A stretch of DNA of 40,352 nucleotides, taken from positions 1 through 40,352 of the forward strand of contig JAGBPE010000128.1 in NCBI GenBank assembly GCA_017633495.1, written 5' to 3'. Position 1 is the first letter of the stretch; the number at the start of each line of letters is the position of its first letter. The position numbers and the translations under genes were made by a program. This DNA comes from Bacteroidales bacterium. Lineage in GTDB: Bacteria; Bacteroidota; Bacteroidia; Bacteroidales; WCHB1-69. The notes beneath the pieces were generated by a model that saw nothing but the letters and a program-made list of their open reading frames with translations, made no database searches and had not been told where the DNA came from. Below, piece after piece: positions 9,117 through 17,952 of the stretch.

Positions 9117-10190
9117 ATGGATAATTATTATCTCGTTGGTATTCAGCAAATTGGCATCGGCACGGAGGATATGGTTGCGTCGTGGAAATGGTATGCTGAC
9201 ATGTTTCAGATGAATGTCAGGATTTTGGAGGACGACACGGTAGCCGAAAGGATGCTTCCCTATACGAACAACAAACCCGAGAAGCGGCATGCTTGCATAG
9301 CGGCCAACCTGCAGGGCGGCGGCGGTTTCGAGATTTGGCAATATTCGGAGCGTAAGCCTCTTCCTATCGATTTTGATGTGCAGATCGGCGATCTCGGTGT
9401 CTTCTGTGCCAAGATCAAATCCCATAACATCACCGCATATCACGCCGAACTGGCTGCCAAATACCAGAACGTTTCGCAAATATTCACCGATCCTCAGGGA
9501 CTTCCCACTTTTTATCTCTACGACCCCAACGGAAATCTCTTCCAGGTGGTGGAGGATAATTACATCTTCATTGATGAGAACCGCTATTCAGGCGGTGTGG
9601 TTGGTGCGATGATCGGCGTTTCCGACATCGACAAGGCGCTGACGGTTTACCGGGATATCCTTGGCTACGATACGGTGGTTTACGACAAAAACGGCACTTT
9701 TAGCGATTGGCAGACGTTGCGAGGCGGTACGCAGCACTACAGACGTGTGTTGCTGAGCCACTCCCAGCCGTTCAAAGGACCTTTTGTGAATATGTATGGC
9801 AGCAGTACCATTGAACTGGTGCAGGCCATCGACCGCGAACCGCGCAAGATTTTCGAGAGTCCTCGTCAATGGGGCGATCCCGGCTATATCCAGATCTGTT
9901 TCGATGTCGTGAACATGCGCGCTCTGGAGAAGCATTGCCAGTCACTCGGTCATCCTTTCACGGTGGACAGCTGTCCCGGCGACGGCGACTTCGACATGGG
10001 TCTCGCTTCCGGCCATTTTACCTATATCGAAGATCCAGATGGCACCCTGATCGAGTTTGTGGAAGCCCATAAGATTCCGATTAGCAACCGATTCAATCTC
10101 TGCTTAAACTTGATGAAACGCGACCGGTCGAAAGCATTGCCGACGTTCCTGTTCAAATTGATGAAACTGAACCGAGTGAAATTCGACTGA
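9117..10190 (+). CDS. two-module VOC (glyoxalase/bleomycin-resistance/dioxygenase superfamily) protein
   Basis: The start is moved from the GTG at 9087 to the ATG at 9117 (MDNYYLVGIQQIGIG). The 357 aa contain two beta-alpha-beta-beta-beta-like halves (IGIGTEDM...FEIW...YLYDPNGNLFQVVE and IGVSDIDKAL...ELVQ...TYIEDPDGTLIEFVE). Confidence 0.7.
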   Translation: MDNYYLVGIQQIGIGTEDMVASWKWYADMFQMNVRILEDDTVAERMLPYTNNKPEKRHACIAANLQGGGGFEIWQYSERKPLPIDFDVQIGDLGVFCAKIKSHNITAYHAELAAKYQNVSQIFTDPQGLPTFYLYDPNGNLFQVVEDNYIFIDENRYSGGVVGAMIGVSDIDKALTVYRDILGYDTVVYDKNGTFSDWQTLRGGTQHYRRVLLSHSQPFKGPFVNMYGSSTIELVQAIDREPRKIFESPRQWGDPGYIQICFDVVNMRALEKHCQSLGHPFTVDSCPGDGDFDMGLASGHFTYIEDPDGTLIEFVEAHKIPISNRFNLCLNLMKRDRSKALPTFLFKLMKLNRVKFD

Positions 10191-10191
10191 T

Positions 10192-10791
10192 ATGGGCAAT
10201 CTGTTAGATCAAATCAAGAAGGATTTGCGTTATGAAGAGGCGCTCCATGCCTGCATGAACTGCGGCATGTGTACGGCTGTGTGTCCGGCGGCGGAGTTCT
10301 ATGACTACGACCCGCGCCGCATCTGCGACCTCGTGCAACGCAACGACGAGGCGGTCATCGAGGAGCTGCTGCGTTCCGAAACTATCTGGTATTGTGGACA
10401 ATGCATGTCGTGCAAACCCCGCTGTCCGCGTGGCAACGCTCCTGGCGAAATCATCAACGTACTGCGCAAAGTCTCCCAAGAGACCGGCTATTTCCGTGAC
10501 AGCGAGATGGGTCGTCAGCAAACGCAACTGATGAACTCCATCGAACAGAATATCCTCGATATCGGCTATTGCGTGCACCCCGACCGTGTGGATCCCGACT
10601 ATCACGTGGAGCAGGGACCCGTTTGGCGTTGGTTTGTGGACAACATCGAGGAAATTGCCCCGAAACTCGGCGCGAACTACCATGGCGATGGCCCCGGCGC
10701 CCTCCGCACCATCCCCCACGAGGACATGGCGGAAGTACATAAGATTTTCGAAGTCACCGGCGGCTTTGATCTTCGCGAGAAAGTGAAATAA
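10192..10791 (+). CDS. HdrC-like 2x[4Fe-4S] ferredoxin-domain protein
   Basis: 199 aa with two CxxCxxCxxxCP motifs (CMNCGMCTAVCP and CGQCMSCKPRCP). Its ATG lies 1 nt after the VOC stop (TGA-T-ATG). Confidence 0.7.
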   Translation: MGNLLDQIKKDLRYEEALHACMNCGMCTAVCPAAEFYDYDPRRICDLVQRNDEAVIEELLRSETIWYCGQCMSCKPRCPRGNAPGEIINVLRKVSQETGYFRDSEMGRQQTQLMNSIEQNILDIGYCVHPDRVDPDYHVEQGPVWRWFVDNIEEIAPKLGANYHGDGPGALRTIPHEDMAEVHKIFEVTGGFDLREKVK

Positions 10792-10828
10792 TTGATAATT
10801 GATAATTGAGAATTGAGAATTGAGAATG
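10790..10828. repeat. 7-bp tandem repeat (AATTGAT)x2 (AATTGAG)x3
   Basis: Read directly from the sequence. It begins inside the stop codon of the preceding gene. Confidence 0.9.
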
Positions 10829-10887
10829 AAAGGGGTAAGTACCTGAAGATTGCTCAATAGTCAAAGTTAAGGATAAAGTCAAAGTCA

Positions 10888-11916
10888 ATGAGAAGAATAA
10901 TCATACTAATCAGTGCTATTTTTCTGCCATTGCTCATCATGGCGCAGGACCGCATCAATGTGACCGACAAAAACGGCAAGAAACAGGGCGTCTGGAAAAA
11001 ATACGAGCAAGGTAAGTTGCTGTACGAAGGGCAGTTCAAGGATGACGTACCCTACGGAACGTTCAAGTACTACTATACCGACGGCAAGCTGAAGAGTGTT
11101 ACCGAGTTTGTGCAAGGTGTGCATAAAGTGCATACGACCATGTATCACGAAAATGGGAAAAAAGCCTCTGAAGGTGCTTACATTGACCAGCAGAAAGACG
11201 GCGAGTGGCGCTACTATTCCAATCAGGATACCTTGATCAAGGTGGAAAACTACCAGGTAGGCAACCGACAAGGAATATGGCAAACCTATTCCACATCGGG
11301 AGTGCTGTTGGAGGAGACAAATTACTTGAACAACAAGCGCAACGGTCTATCCAAAGTCTATTATTTGAACGGTCAGGTGCAGTTGGAGGCGAATTATGTA
11401 GGCGGCAAGACCAATGGTAAGAGCACTTCCTATTATCCGAATGGAAAGATATCAATGACAGGTGATTACCACGATGGATGGCGCGACGGAGAGTGGAATG
11501 CATACGATGTGAACGGCAAAATCCGCTCCACAACGGTTTATAAAGACCAGCGACTGGTGAATACCTACATCTATATGTATCAAAAAGGGGTGGGACAGAA
11601 ACTAAAACAGGATATCGTGGCCTATTTTGTGAAAAACCGCGACAAAGTGACGGTCTATTTGAAAAACGGCAACAAGATTTCAATTGACGAAACATTCGAA
11701 GAGGTTGAGCAATGGATTGATTATACGGTGTTTACGAGGGTTAATCCGCGCTATATCGTCGCTATTGACGCCATTGTGAGTTATAAGCCTGTGGCGGATG
11801 CCGACGACGCTATCATTCTCAAAATCAACCCCGCTCCCGACGAGGAAATATATTCCGAAGGCAATGACGCCAAACTCCTCAAAGCGTTATTCAATCCGGA
11901 AAAACCCCAAGAATAA
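10888..11916 (+). CDS. secreted MORN-repeat (YwqK-like) protein with a LytTR-like C-terminal domain
   Basis: 342 aa with signal peptide MRRIIILISAIFLPLLIMAQ. About 8 MORN-variant repeats follow (GxWKxYxxxGKLxxEGxF...). The C-terminus, DIVAYFVKNRDKVTVYLKNGNKISIDETFEEVEQWI...FTRVNPRYIVAIDAI, follows the LytTR pattern. Confidence 0.65.
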   Translation: MRRIIILISAIFLPLLIMAQDRINVTDKNGKKQGVWKKYEQGKLLYEGQFKDDVPYGTFKYYYTDGKLKSVTEFVQGVHKVHTTMYHENGKKASEGAYIDQQKDGEWRYYSNQDTLIKVENYQVGNRQGIWQTYSTSGVLLEETNYLNNKRNGLSKVYYLNGQVQLEANYVGGKTNGKSTSYYPNGKISMTGDYHDGWRDGEWNAYDVNGKIRSTTVYKDQRLVNTYIYMYQKGVGQKLKQDIVAYFVKNRDKVTVYLKNGNKISIDETFEEVEQWIDYTVFTRVNPRYIVAIDAIVSYKPVADADDAIILKINPAPDEEIYSEGNDAKLLKALFNPEKPQE

Positions 11917-11923
11917 AAATATC

Positions 11924-12004
11924 ATTCCTTAAGCAGCCTCGAAGAGGCAAGACGCACGAAGTGCTAATAACCCCACATAAGCGACGTAGGTGCGCAATGT
12001 GGGG
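11924..12004 (+). repeat. structured intergenic repeat, copy A (full length, three hairpins)
   Basis: ATTCCTTAAGCAG, then hairpin GCCTC-GAA-GAGGC, hairpin GCAC-GAA-GTGC, and hairpin CCCCACAT...ATGTGGGG. It starts 7 nt after the upstream stop and ends 33 nt before the MATE ATG. Confidence 0.8.
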
Positions 12005-12037
12005 CCGAAAAAGAAACTAAGAACCATACTCTTATCA

Positions 12038-13327
12038 ATGAATCGCGAAATCCTCCGCATTTCTCTTCCAAGCATCATCACCAACATCACCGTGCCGCTA
12101 TTGGGCATGGTGGATGTGGCAATCGTGGGGCATATCGGTGATGCGACCTATATCGCGGCCATTGCGTTGGGGACGATGGTTTTCAATCTTATATACTGGA
12201 ATTTCGGTTTCCTGAGGGCAGGAACATCGGGTATGACAGCGCAGGCATATGGTGCGGAAGACAAGACGGAATATCTGAACGTTTTAGTGCGCGGCATTGC
12301 CATCGCATTGGCGGCGGCGCTGCTCATCATTCTGTTGCAGCGACCTGTCGGCTATCTCTGCAAGAAATGGATAGACAGCTCTTCCGAAACAATGGGATTG
12401 ATGCTGACCTACTTCTACATCCGCGTCTGGGCGGCCCCGGCCACCATCAGCATTTTCGTGTTGAAAGGCTGGTTTTTGGGAATGCAGAATGCCAGCTCCC
12501 CGATGTGGATTGCCACGCTGATGAATGTGGTGAACATCCTCTGTAGTCTGCTGTTCGTCTATGTGTTGCACGCCGACATTTCCGGTGTGGCGTGGGGCAC
12601 GGTGGCGGCGCAGTACAGCGGTCTGCTGTTAGCCATCACGATTTGGATTCGTCGTTACGGGTATCTCTGGAAGGATATCCGTTGGAAAACGGCTTTGCAG
12701 TTGCGCAAAATGGTTCGTTTCTTCAAGGTGAACGCTGATATTTTCCTCCGTTCGCTCTGTTTTATCGCGGTGTTTACCTTCATTCCGTACATTTCCGCCC
12801 ATTTCGGGGAGGAGATCCTGGCCGCCAACACTCTGCTGATGCAGCTCTTCACGCTCACTTCCTATGTGATGGACGGTTTCGCCTACGCCGGCGAGTCGCT
12901 CGTGGGCAAGTATGTGGGTGCGCAAGACAAGCTCCGTCTCCGTCTCACCATCCACTACCTGCTCTATTGGGGTGTCGGACTGGCGATCTTCTTCACGTTG
13001 CTGTTTATCTTTGCCGGAGAGCCGCTCTTGCGTGTCCTCTCCAGTGACGAAACAGTCATCCAGACCTCCCTGCAATACATGTTTTGGACCTATCTACTGC
13101 CTTTCACCGGTTTCGCGGCCTTCATCTACGACGGCATCTACATCGGTGCGACGGCTTCCGCTCCTATGCGCAACGTGATGTTCGTGGCCACGGCAGTCTT
13201 CTTCGTGGTTTACTATGCACTCGTCGGTCGCTGGGCCAACCACGCCATCTGGTGCGCTTTTATCTTCTTCCTGACGTTCCGTGGCGTGCTGATGGCGATG
13301 GGACAAAAGAGGTACATTCTTAGTTAG
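12038..13327 (+). CDS. MATE family efflux transporter (DinF-like)
   Basis: The start is moved from the GTG at 11990, which lies inside the repeat hairpin, to the ATG at 12038 (MNREILRISLPSIITNITVPLLGMVD). 429 aa with about 12 TM helices. Confidence 0.85.
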   Translation: MNREILRISLPSIITNITVPLLGMVDVAIVGHIGDATYIAAIALGTMVFNLIYWNFGFLRAGTSGMTAQAYGAEDKTEYLNVLVRGIAIALAAALLIILLQRPVGYLCKKWIDSSSETMGLMLTYFYIRVWAAPATISIFVLKGWFLGMQNASSPMWIATLMNVVNILCSLLFVYVLHADISGVAWGTVAAQYSGLLLAITIWIRRYGYLWKDIRWKTALQLRKMVRFFKVNADIFLRSLCFIAVFTFIPYISAHFGEEILAANTLLMQLFTLTSYVMDGFAYAGESLVGKYVGAQDKLRLRLTIHYLLYWGVGLAIFFTLLFIFAGEPLLRVLSSDETVIQTSLQYMFWTYLLPFTGFAAFIYDGIYIGATASAPMRNVMFVATAVFFVVYYALVGRWANHAIWCAFIFFLTFRGVLMAMGQKRYILS

Positions 13328-13351
13328 CAGTTAGTAGTTAGTAGTTAGCAG
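13320..13351. repeat. 7-bp tandem repeat TTAGCAG/TTAGTAG x4 overlapping the MATE stop codon
   Basis: Read directly from the sequence. An inverted 11-mer copy, CTAACTGCTAA, lies at 13365-13375. Confidence 0.9.
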
Positions 13352-13377
13352 TCAAAGCCAACACCTAACTGCTAAAG

Positions 13378-13405
13378 GCCAATAGCTAATAGCCAACAGC
13401 CAAAA
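13378..13405. repeat. degenerate 7-bp tandem repeat GCCAATA GCTAATA GCCAACA GCCAAAA
   Basis: Read directly from the sequence. The same GCYAAnn heptad family appears on the reverse strand at 14906-14933. Confidence 0.8.
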
Positions 13406-13443
13406 AAAAAGCGCCCGAGCATGATGTTCGGGCGTTTTCTTTA
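13402..13443. terminator. bidirectional intrinsic terminator between convergent MATE and mscL
   Basis: An A9 tract, then the stem CGCCCGA / TCGGGCG (13412-13418 / 13428-13434), then TTTTCTTT. Confidence 0.85.
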
Positions 13444-13461
13444 ACGGAATTGCGTGCCGGC

Positions 13462-13893
13462 TTATTTCTCCTTCAGCAAATCGCGGATTTCGGTGAGAAG
13501 CTTCTCTTCGGCGCTTGGCTCGGGAGCAGGTGCCGGAGCCTCTTCTTCCTGTTTCTTCACCAAGCTGGTGGCCTTGTTGATACCCTTCATCACGAGGAAG
13601 ATACACAATGCCACAATCAGGAAGTCGATCGTCACCTGGATGAAGTTGCCGTAGTTGAGGGTGACGGCCTCTTTCACAACTTCGCCAGCCTCGTTGAGCT
13701 TCGGGGTGCGGAGGGTCAGCGAGAGCGTCGTGAAGTTGACGTTGCCGATGAGCGCACCGACGAGCGGCATGAGAATGTCATTCACCAAAGAGGTGACGAT
13801 TTTACCGAAGGCACCGCCGATGATCACACCGATGGCCATGTCCATCACGTTGCCTTTCATTGCAAATTCCTTGAATTCTTTAAAAAATCCCAT
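13462..13893 (-). CDS. mscL: large-conductance mechanosensitive channel
   Basis: 143 aa starting [33 protein letters not shown], with two TM helices and a charged C-terminal helix. Confidence 0.95.
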   Translation of the reverse strand: MGFFKEFKEFAMKGNVMDMAIGVIIGGAFGKIVTSLVNDILMPLVGALIGNVNFTTLSLTLRTPKLNEAGEVVKEAVTLNYGNFIQVTIDFLIVALCIFLVMKGINKATSLVKKQEEEAPAPAPEPSAEEKLLTEIRDLLKEK

Positions 13894-13931
13894 AGCGTTA
13901 AAATTTTAATGATGTTTGAAAGTGCAAAAGT

Positions 13932-13972
13932 AAAAAAAAATACAGATTGTTGTGCTAATCTGTATTTTTTTT
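13932..13972. terminator. intrinsic terminator hairpin with flanking A9 and T8 tracts
   Basis: ATACAGATT-GTTGTGCT-AATCTGTAT, a 9-bp stem, immediately downstream of the glycosyltransferase stop at 13982. Confidence 0.85.
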
Positions 13973-13981
13973 CTTATTGAC

Positions 13982-14902
13982 TTATTCATCGGAATTCAGT
14001 AGGTTGTGCATCACCGAAAGCTTGTATAAATCCAAGAACATCAGGCTGTTATACGTAGATGCGATGTTTCTCAGCGGTTGCTTGATTTTTCCGAGCAGCG
14101 ATAGGGTGAATCGACCCGAAATCGTTCGTTTAAGCTTTTGGTAGGTGGCTAACAACGTGCTGACAGCCAAGAATTTGTCGTCTAATTTGTTGTGGGATTG
14201 CAGGTTGACAAGATTGGCGACACCCGCTGCCACTTTGTCCAAAAGCAGTTCGTTGGTGTCGATGCCTTCGTGATAGAGCTCATTGTCAATGTGATAGACG
14301 GGGATTCCGCATTTTTTGAGCTCAATGCCGAAGAAGGTATCTTCGTAGCCATATTGTTTCAAACTCTCTTCAAAACGACATTTCTCGAACACCGATTTGG
14401 CAATCAGCATGTTGAACGGGGTGAAAGCCCTGTAGGGATCGCGGTTCCGTTCATACGCCGGTCGCACCTCCCGTTTGATGCCGTAACGATAGCGCAGCAA
14501 TTTGGTCTTTTCGGGACGCATTTCACGATAGCTCAAACCTCCTAAAACCACAAAATCGGTTCCCTGGAGATTATTCTCTTGCAAAAAACGGATATAATTC
14601 GAGATATAGTCACTGCTTTTTACGCGAGCGTCGCAGTCCATGAAGAGCAGGGTTGGGTATTTCGCAGCATCCGCCAGACTGTTACGGATTTTGGAGCGAC
14701 CGATGTTCTGCTCATTTTGGATATACTGCACGTGATACTGCTCCGCCAATAGCGAATTGTGATAGCGCACCGACGTGTCCGACGATGCATCATCTGAGAT
14801 GATGATCTCGTACTCGATATTGCTCTCATTCAATTGCGCTTGTAATTCCGAAACTAGCGGATGCAGATTTGTATTATATGTTGGAATTAATATTGATAAC
14901 AT
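13982..14902 (-). CDS. family 2 (GT-A) glycosyltransferase
   Basis: 306 aa starting MLSILIPTYN, followed by IIISDDASSD and the DxD-type motif FMDCDA. Confidence 0.85.
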   Translation of the reverse strand: MLSILIPTYNTNLHPLVSELQAQLNESNIEYEIIISDDASSDTSVRYHNSLLAEQYHVQYIQNEQNIGRSKIRNSLADAAKYPTLLFMDCDARVKSSDYISNYIRFLQENNLQGTDFVVLGGLSYREMRPEKTKLLRYRYGIKREVRPAYERNRDPYRAFTPFNMLIAKSVFEKCRFEESLKQYGYEDTFFGIELKKCGIPVYHIDNELYHEGIDTNELLLDKVAAGVANLVNLQSHNKLDDKFLAVSTLLATYQKLKRTISGRFTLSLLGKIKQPLRNIASTYNSLMFLDLYKLSVMHNLLNSDE

Positions 14903-14905
14903 TTC

Positions 14906-14959
14906 ATTTGGCTTTTAGCTTTTGGCCGTTAGCCATTGGCTTGTGAAACCAATAGCTAA
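14906..14959. repeat. heptad repeats (reverse strand GCTAACG GCCAAAA GCTAAAA GCCAAAT) plus an 11-bp imperfect inverted repeat
   Basis: Heptads span 14906-14933. The hairpin TTAGCCATTGG (14929-14939) / CCAATAGCTAA (14949-14959) has one mismatch. The 12-mer CCAATAGCTAAT also occurs at 13379-13390. Confidence 0.7.
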
Positions 14960-14983
14960 TGCCATAGACAATTACCAATTAAC

Positions 14984-15030
14984 CCTTAAACTATAAACCT
15001 TAAACTATAAACCTTAAACCTCTTAAACTA
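14984..15030. repeat. 14-bp tandem repeat CCTTAAACTATAAA x2 plus two partial units
   Basis: Read directly from the sequence. The last partial unit contains the ftsE-like stop codon at 15023-15025. Confidence 0.9.
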
Positions 15031-15778
15031 AAGAATCAATCAACTTCCCGTCTTCGATGCAAATCGCTCTCGAAGGGAACTTGTCAATCATAGAAAAATT
15101 GTGGGTGGCCATCAGCACGGTGGTACCGGCTTGGTTGATGTGATGGAAAGTCTGGAAGATCTCCTCGGCGGTGATGGGGTCGAGGCTGCCGGTGGGCTCG
15201 TCGGCCAGAATCAGATCCGGACTGTTGAGCAGGGCGCGGGCGATGCAGACACGCTGCTGTTCGCCGCCCGATAGTTGTGACGGCAGTTTGAAATCTTTCG
15301 TCTCCAATCCGACCAAGGTAAGCACCTCTTCGCAGCGGTTGAGCATGAGGTTCTTGTCTTTCCATTGCGTGGCGCGAAGCACGAACATGAGGTTCTCGAT
15401 GACCGTTCGGTCTTGCAGTAGCTGGTAGTCCTGAAACACCATTCCGATTTTCTTGCGCAGTTCCGGAATCTGTTTGGTCTTGAGATTGAGCAGGTCGTAG
15501 CCGAGCATCATCGCCTCTTCGCCCTCGGGCTTGAGTTCAGCGATGAGGGTTTTGAGGATGGAGGATTTGCCCGAACCGGTTTTGCCGATCAGGTAAACAA
15601 ACTCCCCTTGTTTGATGGAGAAGCTGATGTCGGAGAGCACCAGCAGCTTCCGGTGGGCGATGTTCACGTGTTTGAACGAGATGACATCCGCGGGGATGGT
15701 CGTCTCCTGCGTGGGTTGTTCGTTCTCTGTCGTGGTGACTTCGGGCTCGTTGTTGATGATTGCTTCGGGTTCTTCCAT
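15023..15778 (-). CDS. ftsE: FtsE-like ABC ATPase (cell-division ATP-binding protein family)
   Basis: 251 aa with Walker [10 protein letters not shown], signature LSGGEQQR and Walker [14 protein letters not shown] 40-aa acidic N-terminal extension precedes the ATPase core. No permease or FtsX gene is adjacent. Confidence 0.7.
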   Translation of the reverse strand: MEEPEAIINNEPEVTTTENEQPTQETTIPADVISFKHVNIAHRKLLVLSDISFSIKQGEFVYLIGKTGSGKSSILKTLIAELKPEGEEAMMLGYDLLNLKTKQIPELRKKIGMVFQDYQLLQDRTVIENLMFVLRATQWKDKNLMLNRCEEVLTLVGLETKDFKLPSQLSGGEQQRVCIARALLNSPDLILADEPTGSLDPITAEEIFQTFHHINQAGTTVLMATHNFSMIDKFPSRAICIEDGKLIDSLV

Positions 15779-15807
15779 GATGGTTCAATCTCGTATGAAA
15801 CGTTGTT

Positions 15808-15846
15808 CTACCAAGCTCTTGTCCCTGCCGGGACTGCTCAAGGAAT
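15808..15846 (-). repeat. structured intergenic repeat, copy E (5' module only)
   Basis: The reverse strand reads ATTCCTTGAGCA-GTCCC-GGCA-GGGAC-AAGAGCTTGGTAG. It ends 29 nt before the ftsE ATG. Confidence 0.7.
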
Positions 15847-15852
15847 AATATA

Positions 15853-15880
15853 ATTCTTAATTCTGCATTCTTAATTCTGA
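15853..15880. repeat. 14-bp tandem repeat ATTCTTAATTCTGC / ATTCTTAATTCTGA
   Basis: Read directly from the sequence. It lies between the gyrB stop and repeat copy E. Confidence 0.9.
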
Positions 15881-15886
15881 ATTGGA

Positions 15887-17923
<2,037 letters not shown>

Positions 17924-17952
17924 TTAGTGGTTTTTTAATGGTTGGGGGAGAA

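Noticed and set aside
11924-12004. Structured repeat as an internal sigma-A-type promoter for the downstream genes
   Set aside because: No TAnnTTTG box occurs within or just downstream of any of the five copies at a distance compatible with the 17-33 nt gap to the ATG. An alternative-sigma promoter cannot be excluded, but nothing I can read supports it.
10790-15030. Whether the short tandem repeats could be CRISPR arrays
   Set aside because: The units are 7-18 bp and directly abutting, with no spacers, and no cas genes are present. They are micro- or minisatellite-like repeats, not CRISPR.
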